Source of the DNA: Anaerolineae bacterium
GTDB taxonomy: Bacteria; Chloroflexota; Anaerolineae; UBA1429
Reading direction: 5' to 3'
Length of the DNA: 64,000 nt
Assembly: GCA_040772225.1 (NCBI GenBank)
Contig: JAXGYO010000002.1
Span: 1,066,767-1,130,766, forward strand
Within the stretch, counting starts at the first letter, position 1. The number at the start of each line of letters is the position of its first letter. The notes under the pieces were generated by a model. The model worked only from the letters and a program-made list of their open reading frames with translations, had not been told where the DNA came from and did no database searches. Shown here piece after piece: positions 25,958-33,448 of this stretch. The position numbers and the translations under genes are program-made.

Positions 25958-27079
25958 ATGAGAGAAACGATGCAGACGCACAGAGAGCGCGGACAGACGC
26001 TGGTGATCGTGGCGTTGGCCCTAACCACGCTGTTGTTGATGGTCGGACTAGTGACCGACATCGGCGTATGGTACAACGCGCGGCGCGATATGCAGAACGC
26101 GGCGGACGCAGCGGCCCTGGCGGGGGCGTGGAAGTTCTGCGACCAGAACAACGCGGACTCGGCTACACAGACTCTCGCTCGCAATGAGGCTATCCGTGTG
26201 GCACAGACGGTCCATGGATCAGACCCTGACGGCACCGTGGTTTCTACGGGTAACTCTACGGTCAGCGTAACCACAGCCATTGACTCTCCGCTGTTCTTTT
26301 TCAAGCTCGTGGGCATCGACACCATACCGGTCAACGCGGAGGCCGAGGCCGTCTGCGGTTGCGCCAGCGAGCTCGGCGGGGCCTGGCCCATCGCATTCGA
26401 TCTAGACACCTAGGAATCAGTCGAATGCGGCGAGTCCCTGGTGATTTGGGAAGGCAAAGACGAGCTCCCGTTCGCGGGCGTGGATCTGTGCGTTAGCTGC
26501 TATTGCCCCGCTGGTATCGACGCCCTTGTTGCGTTCGGTGCCACAGGTCTCCCGGGCCTGCCCGCGAACCGAGGATGGCTGTCGCTAAGCTATCCACCGG
26601 AGAACAATTGCGGAGGCGGATCCACTGCCCTTGCTGGCTGGATACTGAACGACTACCCTGGAGCGATTGAGGCAGGTAACTGCGTGATTACGGAGACAGG
26701 CAATAAGACTACCCTTGTCGACTCGGCAAAGACTAGAATGAATAACGATCCTTACGTGTGTGTCGTGATCTTTGATCCTGATCTGAACGATACCTGCACG
26801 GATGCCATGGTCACCACCGGGCAGGTCGGGTGTGGAGAGCCACTCTACGTTGTTGGGACTGGATGTGTCAAGGTAGTGGGCACCTACAAGAACAAGGTTC
26901 TCGGACTGAGCCCCAAGCCCGGAGCAACGCCGCCATGCCCTGCCGGAGCATTGGAAAAGGTCAAGGCGATAATGGCCACCAAGATGTGTAACGACCCTCT
27001 ATGCCCGGTGTCTGGCATCGGCTCCGCCGGTGGCCAGCCAGCACAGGGGTGCATCTTGGCGGCCAGCCTGGTCAAGTAG
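25958..27079 (+). pseudogene. tadG: TadG-like pseudopilin split by a single in-frame TAG (track ORFs 25958..26413 and 26441..27079 share one frame)
   Basis: The N-part HRERGQTLVIVALALTTLLLMVGLVTDIGVWYNARRDMQNAADAAALAGA is the TadG N-terminal motif. TAG is at 26411-26413. The frame continues open immediately afterwards (ESVECGESLVIWEGKD...GWLSL...GGGSTALAGWILNDYPGAIEAGNCVITETGNK...YVVGTGCVKVVG), a typical TadG-like C-terminal region. Confidence 0.6.
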
Positions 27080-27126
27080 CGATATTCTGTGCATCCGCCC
27101 CTAATGTAATCGCAAGGAGTACCGCA

Positions 27127-27525
27127 TTGGCACTCATCGCACATAACGCCACGCGCAAACGCGATCTGATGACCCAGGGCCTGACCGCTGACAGGCCCTG
27201 GTCGCGTGTACGCGGCCTGATCGGCTGCGCACCGTTGAAAGAAGGCCAGGGCCTGTGGATCACCCCCTGCAACGGCATCCACATGCTTTTCATGTCGTTC
27301 GCTATCGACGCGGTGTACCTTGACCGCGAGCGTCGCATCGTAGCGCTAGATGCCGACATGGCGCCGTGGCAGCTGGGGCGCTTTATCCGGGGGGCACACT
27401 CGGTGTTGGAGCTTCCTGCCGGCACGATCGCGGCCACGGGCACCGAGGTGGGCGATCAGCTTATTCTCACGCGCGTTTCAGAGGGAGCGGAGAGAGCGCC
27501 TATGTCACGGACCGCAGGGCGGTAG
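27127..27525 (+). CDS. DUF192 family protein
   Basis: ALIAHNATRKRDLMTQGLTADRPWSRVRGLIGCAPLKEGQGLWITPCNGIHMLFMSFAIDAVYLDRERRIVAL...VLELPAGT matches the DUF192 pattern (RxxGLxG, a GxxF/W block, IHMxFMxFxIDxxxLD, LELPxG). The start is uncertain: TTG 27127 or ATG 27166. Confidence 0.7.
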   Translation: MALIAHNATRKRDLMTQGLTADRPWSRVRGLIGCAPLKEGQGLWITPCNGIHMLFMSFAIDAVYLDRERRIVALDADMAPWQLGRFIRGAHSVLELPAGTIAATGTEVGDQLILTRVSEGAERAPMSRTAGR

Positions 27526-27597
27526 CCGTGGTACATAGGACGGTGACCCCGACCGCCAAGCTGCGGCAGGGAGCCATCGCGGAATCATAAACCTAGC

Positions 27598-27625
27598 AAA
27601 GCCGCCCCGGTTACGGGGCGGCTTT
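27598..27625. terminator. Bidirectional rho-independent-type terminator
   Basis: AAAGCCGCCCCG-GTTA-CGGGGCGGCTTT, a perfect 12-bp stem including A/T flanks. It lies between convergent ends of the DUF192 gene (27525) and the minus-strand tadE-like gene (27661). Confidence 0.6.
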
Positions 27626-27660
27626 AGCGAAAAACCGGAGCGTAGCCCGAACTCACAGGG

Positions 27661-28113
27661 CTATTCTGCCTGCACGGAGGAACGGCCCCTGGCACAGTAT
27701 GTTCCCTGGGGACATTGCACGCCCCCGGGCTCCAGCGTCCTCGCGGCGAAGAGATTACGGATGCCAGGCACAATCAATTCCACCGGATAGTATACAGTCA
27801 CCTGAATCGTCGAACCCAGCGCCCGGTCCGCAACTTCAGGGGGGACGACCGTGATCTGATTGCCGGTGATCGTCCAGGCCGGCAGTGTGGGGCAAAACTC
27901 GTTGACTCTGGTAAGTGTTTGCTCCTGCGACTTGCCCACGAGCGCAACCCGCGCCAGGCTATTGGCACAGTGGTAAGCTGACACGAGTCCGTTTAGCACC
28001 CGCCCGAACTCGAGCAGCCCAAAGATCAGCAGCAGCACCACGGGCAGCACCAGGGCGAACTCGACCAGCGACTGCCCCCGTTCCCTGACCTCTGCCTTGC
28101 TGTAGAATCCCAT
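27661..28113 (-). CDS. tadE: TadE-like pseudopilin
   Basis: 150 aa: MGFYSKAEVRERGQSLVEFALVLPVVLLLIFGLLEFGRVLNG... This is the canonical TadE N-terminal motif. Confidence 0.85.
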   Translation of the reverse strand: MGFYSKAEVRERGQSLVEFALVLPVVLLLIFGLLEFGRVLNGLVSAYHCANSLARVALVGKSQEQTLTRVNEFCPTLPAWTITGNQITVVPPEVADRALGSTIQVTVYYPVELIVPGIRNLFAARTLEPGGVQCPQGTYCARGRSSVQAE

Positions 28114-28162
28114 GGTTACCTCATCTCTGTCCTCGGGTTGCCCCTCCGATCGTGCACCTGGA

Positions 28163-28176
28163 TATAATCAATTATA
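28163..28176. promoter_or_regulatory. Palindromic pair of -10 boxes (TATAAT-CA-ATTATA) in a divergent intergenic region
   Basis: TATAAT at 28163-28168 on the plus strand. ATTATA at 28171-28176 reads TATAAT on the minus strand. For the minus strand, CTGACA (28200-28195) lies 18 nt upstream of that -10, so it could drive the tadE-like gene at 28113. Confidence 0.4.
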
Positions 28177-28325
28177 GCACATCGGCCCACATTATGTCAG
28201 CGTTCACGCAAAGACGCCCACAAATCCGTCCACCGCCCTATCGCCGCAGCGGAAGCTCCCCGCGACAATTGACACACCCTTCCCCCGGTGATATCATCGT
28301 CGGCGTACTCAGGAGGTCACTGCCC

Positions 28326-28625
28326 ATGGCCCGACGGCATCTCACCCGCGAACAACAGAGACTGGCCGGCCTCGCGCAGCCCCATGTGGACTGGCACATG
28401 GCGCCCGAGACGATGGGGCGCTACCTGACCTACCGCCTCTTTATCGTCGAACATCAGATCGACGGCATTATCGCGAGCCTGGAGCGCCACAGCGGGGCCC
28501 CCTACCCGTCCGCACTGGAGGACCGCTTGCCTGAGGAGGTGTGGACCTCCTGGGCCAGCCTGAACTATTTGCTGCGCGCCCGCGACGATCTCAAGAGCGT
28601 CCTCTCGCGAGCAAGCCACAGCTGA
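28326..28625 (+). CDS. Hypothetical protein
   Basis: ATG 28326 has AGGAGG about 10 nt upstream: MARRHLTREQQRLAGLAQPHVDWHMAPETMGRYLTYRLFIVEHQIDGIIASLERH... No recognisable motif. Confidence 0.35.
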   Translation: MARRHLTREQQRLAGLAQPHVDWHMAPETMGRYLTYRLFIVEHQIDGIIASLERHSGAPYPSALEDRLPEEVWTSWASLNYLLRARDDLKSVLSRASHS

Positions 28626-28629
28626 CCGG

Positions 28630-29004
28630 TTGCACGCCGCGCATACAGCCCGAACGGGCACTATACGAGCATTTTTTCGAAAGCGGTGTCGTTTCGTGAC
28701 GTTGCCGAGCCAGGATCGAACGGATGCAGGGAGACATTCCCGCCAGTCCACCGCGCACACCCTGTTCTGGGTGTTCGTGGTGACGCTGTATCTCCTTGGC
28801 GCACTGTCGCTCTTGCTGCGCGCCTGGCTCGGCCCTGATGCTCTAGCCGTTCGCGAAACGCCCGCAGTCTTTGTCACCGTGGTCGCCACCGCGCCCCCCG
28901 CCACCATAGCGCCCGCGACGCCGATCGCGTCCGCGAGTGCCACGCCGTTTCCCACGCTGACTCCGCAGAGTACCCTTTACCCTACGCTCACGCCCCGGCC
29001 CTAG
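28630..29004 (+). CDS. Hypothetical membrane-anchored Pro/Thr-rich protein (start uncertain)
   Basis: One hydrophobic helix (LFWVFVVTLYLLGALSLLLRAWL) followed by a low-complexity stretch, ATAPPATIAPATPIASASATPFPTLTPQSTLYPTLTPRP. Could be spurious. Confidence 0.25.
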   Translation: MHAAHTARTGTIRAFFRKRCRFVTLPSQDRTDAGRHSRQSTAHTLFWVFVVTLYLLGALSLLLRAWLGPDALAVRETPAVFVTVVATAPPATIAPATPIASASATPFPTLTPQSTLYPTLTPRP

Positions 29005-29055
29005 ACGAAAGGACCAAGGGGCCTTTCGTTGATGAGCAGCAAGGAGAATAGCTAA

Positions 29056-30129
29056 ATGGTCGATACACTGGAGTTGATGCGCCGTCTCTCCGAGGCCCCG
29101 GGGATCTCGGGCCACGAGGAGACCGTGCGCGCCCTGATTCAGGAGGCGATGGCTCCCTTCGCCGACGAGATGCGCACCGATGCCCTGGGGAACTTGATCG
29201 CCCTGCAGCGAGGCGGCGGCACCGGAGAGCAACGCCGGGCCATCATGCTGGCCGCCCACATGGACGAGATCGGGCTGATGGTTTCTGGCTTTGACGGGGC
29301 TTTTTTGCGTTTCGCGCCAGTGGGCGGCGTGGACCTGCGCACCCTGGTGGGACAGGAGGTCACCGTCCACGGCTGCCGGGACCTGCCAGGGATCGTCGCC
29401 AGCCGTCCGCCCCACGTGCTCACCGCCGAGGAGCGCAGCCAGCCGGTGCCTCTGGAAAAGCTGTTCATCGACACCGGCCTCACCGAGCAGGGCCTGCGCG
29501 AGCAGGTGCGCATCGGTGACCTGATCACCATGCGGCGGACGTTCACCGAGCTGGCCAACGGCTACGCCACGGGCAAGGCCATGGACGACCGCGCCGGCGT
29601 GGCCAGCCTAGTGGTCTGCCTGGAGGCGTTGCGGGGCATGACTCACCCCTGGGACGTCTACGCCGTAGCCACGACTCAGGAGGAGGTGGGGCTCAAGGGC
29701 GCCACCGTGAGCGCCTTTGGCCTGACGCCCGACCTGGGCATCGCCGTGGACGTGGGCTTTGGCAAGCAGCAGGGCGTCAATGACAGCAGGGTCATCGAGA
29801 TGGACGCCGGCCCGGCAGTGGCCATGGGACCCAACATCCATCCGAAAATGCGCGCCCGCCTGATGGCCACCGCCAAAGAACTGGAGCTCAAGGTTCAGAG
29901 CGAGGTGGTTGCGGGCGCCTCTGGCACCGACGGCTGGGCCATCCAGGTGTCGCGGGAGGGCATCCCCACCCTGGTGCTCTCGATCCCGCTGCGCTATATG
30001 CACACCTCGGTGGAGACGATCTGCCTCCGCGACATCGATCGCACCGGTCGGCTGCTGGCGTATTTCATCGCCAGGCTGGATGGCGCCGCAGTCGACGAGC
30101 TCGGCCTCGAGGAAGGAGCGACGGCATGA
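29056..30129 (+). CDS. M42 family aminopeptidase (TET/FrvX/YsdC-like), paralog 1
   Basis: 357 aa with AAGGAG SD. M42 pattern: LSEAPGISGHEETVRALI..., DALGNLIA, MLAAHMDEIGLMV, AMDDRAGV, TTQEEVGLKGA. Confidence 0.9.
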   Translation: MVDTLELMRRLSEAPGISGHEETVRALIQEAMAPFADEMRTDALGNLIALQRGGGTGEQRRAIMLAAHMDEIGLMVSGFDGAFLRFAPVGGVDLRTLVGQEVTVHGCRDLPGIVASRPPHVLTAEERSQPVPLEKLFIDTGLTEQGLREQVRIGDLITMRRTFTELANGYATGKAMDDRAGVASLVVCLEALRGMTHPWDVYAVATTQEEVGLKGATVSAFGLTPDLGIAVDVGFGKQQGVNDSRVIEMDAGPAVAMGPNIHPKMRARLMATAKELELKVQSEVVAGASGTDGWAIQVSREGIPTLVLSIPLRYMHTSVETICLRDIDRTGRLLAYFIARLDGAAVDELGLEEGATA

Positions 30130-31178
30130 ACCTGCAAGCATTCACACAGGCCCGCGGCGTCTCGGGCAACGAGGATGCCGCCCGTGAGGTCATCCTGGAG
30201 GCGGTGCGCCCATTCATCGACGATCACCGGGTGGACGCGCTGGGCAACCTGATCTGCCACAAGGCTCCCAGGGGGGGCGCAGACGGGGCAACACCGCTCA
30301 GAGTGATGGTAGCCGCCCATATGGACGAGATCGGCCTGATCATCACCGGCATCAACGCCGATGGCACGCTCTCCTTTGACAAGATCGGGGGCATCGACGA
30401 CCGGGTGTTGCTCTCCAAGCAAGTGCTTGTGGGAGCCGATGCCGTGCCGGGGGTGATCGGCTATGCGCCGATTCATCTGATCCCGGCGGCAGAGCGCGCC
30501 AAGGCCCCCGACATGTCCAGGGCCGTGATCGACATTGGCGCCACAGACAAGGCCGGCGCCGAAAAGCTGGTCTCGCTCGGCGACTATGTCTCCTTCCGTG
30601 GCGAGTGGGCCGTGCTGGACGAGGGCGGCCTGCGCACCGTCGTCGCCAAGGCCCTCGATGATCGGGCCGGCTGCGCCATCCTGGCGGAGCTGCTCCAGGA
30701 GAATTATGCCATCGACCTGTATGGCGTGTTCACCACGCAGGAGGAGGTAGGCCTGCGCGGCGCCCGCGTGGCCGCCCAGCGCATCGCCCCCGACGTGGCC
30801 ATCGTCCTGGAGGGCACCATCTGCGACGATCTGCCCAAGCCCCCTGAGGAAGACATCTCGCCCGTTACGCGCCTGGGTGACGGACCGGCGATCACCTTCA
30901 TGGATCGCTCCGTGATCGCCGATCGCCGCCTGGTCAAGCTGCTGCTGACCGTCGCAGGCGAAAAAGGAATTCCGCACCAGTTCAAGAGCGCCGTGGCGGG
31001 CGGCACCGACGCGGGGGCTATCCACCTCACAGGCGAGGGCGTGCCCTCGGTTACTGTGGCCGTGCCATCGCGCTATATCCATGCGCCCATCAGTATGCTC
31101 AGTCTCAACGATTTCGATCACGCCGTGCAGCTCGTGCGCGCGGCGCTGCATGCTTTGGAGGGAGGGCTCCCGTCATGA
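30126..31178 (+). CDS. M42 family aminopeptidase, paralog 2
   Basis: 350 aa, with a 4-nt ATGA overlap with paralog 1. Motifs: ARGVSGNEDAAREVI, DALGNLIC, VAAHMDEIGLII, ALDDRAGC, TTQEEVGLRGA. Confidence 0.9.
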   Translation: MNLQAFTQARGVSGNEDAAREVILEAVRPFIDDHRVDALGNLICHKAPRGGADGATPLRVMVAAHMDEIGLIITGINADGTLSFDKIGGIDDRVLLSKQVLVGADAVPGVIGYAPIHLIPAAERAKAPDMSRAVIDIGATDKAGAEKLVSLGDYVSFRGEWAVLDEGGLRTVVAKALDDRAGCAILAELLQENYAIDLYGVFTTQEEVGLRGARVAAQRIAPDVAIVLEGTICDDLPKPPEEDISPVTRLGDGPAITFMDRSVIADRRLVKLLLTVAGEKGIPHQFKSAVAGGTDAGAIHLTGEGVPSVTVAVPSRYIHAPISMLSLNDFDHAVQLVRAALHALEGGLPS

Positions 31179-32176
31179 AAGAGATGATTCAGCGTCTGGT
31201 CGAGGCTTATGGCCCCTCGGGTAACGAGGCGGGCATCGCCGCCGTCATTCAGGAGATGGTGCGCCCCTACGTGGACGACCTGCGCACCGATGCCCTGGGC
31301 AACGTGATCGCGCTCAAACGCGGCACGGGCGGCGGCGTTCCTGTGATGGTGGCCGCCCACATGGACGAGATCGGCGTCATCGTGACCTGGGTGGATGATG
31401 AAGGCTTTTTGCGGTTCGCGCCCACCGGCGGCGTCTCCCCTGTCACCCTGATGGGCGGCCGGGTGCGCTTCGCCAACGGCACGCTGGGCGTCATCGGCTG
31501 GGAGCGCTGGATGCGTCCTGACGCCGGCACGCGCCGGCCCGAACTCGACGAGATGTTCATCGATGTGGGCGCCACCTCGAAAGAAGACTGCCCCGTGGGG
31601 ATCGGTGATGCGGCCGGCTTTGTGCGCCCGTTCGAGGATCTGGGCAACCGGCTGGTGGCCAAGTCCATGGATGACCGCATCGCCTGCGCCGTGGCCATTC
31701 AGGCGCTCAAGGAGATCACTTCCACGCCCAACGATCTGTACGTGGTGTTCACCGTGCAGGAAGAGGTCGGCACGCGCGGCGCCCTGACCGCCGCCTATGG
31801 CATCGAGCCCGCCCTGGGCATCGCCGTGGACGTGACCATGACCGGTGACACGCCCAAAGCCCGCCCCATGGCGGTGAGCCTGGGAGATGGCCCGGCGATC
31901 AAGGTCATGGACTCGGGCATGCTGGCCCACCCGGACGTGGTGCGCTGGATGACCACGACGGCAGAGGCGCTGGGGATCGCCTATCAGCGCGAGGTCCTTC
32001 TGGGCGGCAGCACCGACGCGCGCGCCATCCAGACCTCGCGGGCGGGCGTGCCCGCCGGCTGCATCTCGATCCCCTGCCGGTACGTGCACACGCCGTCGGA
32101 GATGGTGGACACTGGCGACGTGGAGGGCGCGGTCAAGCTGTTGACCGCCCTGCTGTCGGGACCCATCGTTCTCTAG
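31175..32176 (+). CDS. M42 family aminopeptidase, paralog 3
   Basis: 333 aa, with a 4-nt overlap with paralog 2. Motifs: AYGPSGNEAGIAAVI, DALGNVIA, VAAHMDEIGVIV, SMDDRIAC, TVQEEVGTRGA. Confidence 0.9.
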   Translation: MKEMIQRLVEAYGPSGNEAGIAAVIQEMVRPYVDDLRTDALGNVIALKRGTGGGVPVMVAAHMDEIGVIVTWVDDEGFLRFAPTGGVSPVTLMGGRVRFANGTLGVIGWERWMRPDAGTRRPELDEMFIDVGATSKEDCPVGIGDAAGFVRPFEDLGNRLVAKSMDDRIACAVAIQALKEITSTPNDLYVVFTVQEEVGTRGALTAAYGIEPALGIAVDVTMTGDTPKARPMAVSLGDGPAIKVMDSGMLAHPDVVRWMTTTAEALGIAYQREVLLGGSTDARAIQTSRAGVPAGCISIPCRYVHTPSEMVDTGDVEGAVKLLTALLSGPIVL

Positions 32177-32188
32177 TTCCAAGTGCCA

Positions 32189-32220
32189 AACGGGGGAGGC
32201 CAACAACGGCCTTCCCCGTT
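32189..32220 (+). terminator. Terminator-like hairpin after the M42 operon
   Basis: AACGGGGGAGGCC-AACAAC-GGCCTTCCCCGTT, a 13-bp stem with one G-U pair. It begins 13 nt after the stop. The T-tract is weak. Confidence 0.5.
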
Positions 32221-32239
32221 CTCCGTTCCTGCCAATCCG

Positions 32240-33445
32240 TGGCCCTGTACTCTGCGATTGAGTGCTGGGGCGCGGGCAGTGAGGCCCGCGGCGGTCGGGA
32301 CCGGTGCACTCCGCGATTTAGTGTTGGGGCGCGGGCCGCCTGGCCCGCATGCTCTTGCTGACGCAATTGGCGAGCAGGATGCCGTCTAAAGCCGGCGGTC
32401 CATGGGACCTGTAGGCCGCCAGCGTTCTGGTGCTATGGAACGGGGCGCGGGCAATCCCTGGCGATGCAATTGGCGAGCAGGATGCCGGCTAAAGCCGGCG
32501 GTCCATGGGACCTGTAGGCCGCCAGCGTTCTGGTGCTATGGGACGGGGCGCGGGCCGCCTGGCCCGCATGCTGGTGCTGACGCTAGACGGATGCCGGCTA
32601 AAGCCGGCGGTCCATGGGACCTGTAGGCCGCCAGCGTTCTGGTGCTATGGGACGGGGCGCGGGCCGCCTGGCCCGCATGCTGGTGCTGGCTAGACTACAA
32701 CACGGATGCCGGCTAAAGCCGGCGGTCCATGGGACCTGTAGCCCGCCAGCGTTCTGGTGCTATGGGACGGGGCGCGGGCCGCCTGGCCCGCATGCTGGTG
32801 CTGACGCAATTGGCCAGGAGGATGCCGGCTAAAGCCGGCGGTCCACAAGACCTCTTGCCCGCCAGCGTTCTGGTGCTATGGGACGGGGCGCGGGCCGCCT
32901 GGCCCGCATGCTGGTGCTGATGCAATTGGCGAGCAGGATGCCGGCTAAAGCCGGAGGCCCACAAGACCTGTCGCCCGCCAGCGTTCTGCTGGTACGGGAC
33001 GGGGCGCGGGCCGCCTGGCCCGCATGGTGGTGCTGACGCAATTGGCGAGCAGGATGCCGGCTAAAGCCGGCGGTCCATGGGACCTGTAGCCCGCCAGCGT
33101 TCTGGTGCTATGGGACGGGGCGGGCCGGGCCCGCCTGGTGCATGCTCTTGCTGACGCAATTGGCGAGCAGGATGCCGGCTAAAGCCGGCGGTCCATGAGA
33201 CCTGTAGGCCGCCAGCGTTCTGGTGCTATGGGACGGGGCGCGGGCCGCCTGGCCCGCATGCTCTTGCTGACGCAATTGGCGAGCAGGATGCCGGCTAAAG
33301 CCGGCGGTCCATGGGACCTGTGCCGCCAGCGTTCTGGTGCTATGGGACGGGGCGCGGGCCGCCTGGCCCGCATGCTGGTGCTGACGCAATTGGCGAGCAG
33401 GATGCCGGCTAAAGCCGGCGGTCCATGGGACCTGTAGCCCTCGTC
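32240..33445. repeat. Noncoding tandem array: about ten units of roughly 116 bp, each with three GC-rich hairpins
   Basis: The unit motif GGATGCCGGCTAAAGCCGGCGGTCCATGGGACCTGTAG starts at 32377, 32480, 32589, 32704, 32820, 32936, 33052, 33170, 33286 and 33400. Degenerate partial units lie at 32240-32376. The period is 103-118 nt (mostly 116) and not a multiple of 3. ORFs appear on both strands in shifting frames, which argues against coding. Confidence 0.9.
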
Positions 33446-33448
33446 GCC

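Noticed and set aside
11827-26413. Genome-wide TAG reassignment (pyrrolysine or suppressor decoding) as the explanation for the two in-frame TAG codons in pilin-like genes
   Set aside because: TAG is the terminal stop of at least six neighbouring, well-delimited genes: flp at 12503-05, tadZ, tadC, the 1162-aa gene, tadA and the KaiC-like gene. General recoding is therefore unlikely. Local readthrough or pseudogenisation remains possible and is reported as a finding.
11617-28325. Search for a secretin (RcpA/CpaC), a TadD lipoprotein and a prepilin peptidase (TadV/CpaA) inside the Tad locus
   Set aside because: No ORF with the expected size or features (a large beta-rich secretin, or a polytopic membrane protein with two Asp motifs) is present. 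Absence within the window is reported, not absence from the genome.
32240-33445. Possible CRISPR array, or a protein with repeats (many ORFs of 60-120 aa on both strands, e.g. 32505..32693, 33108..33470)
   Set aside because: The whole unit of about 116 bp is conserved, so there is no repeat/unique-spacer alternation and no cas genes nearby. The period is mostly 116 nt and not divisible by 3. ORFs appear in shifting frames on both strands with Arg/Gly/Pro-rich junk translations.
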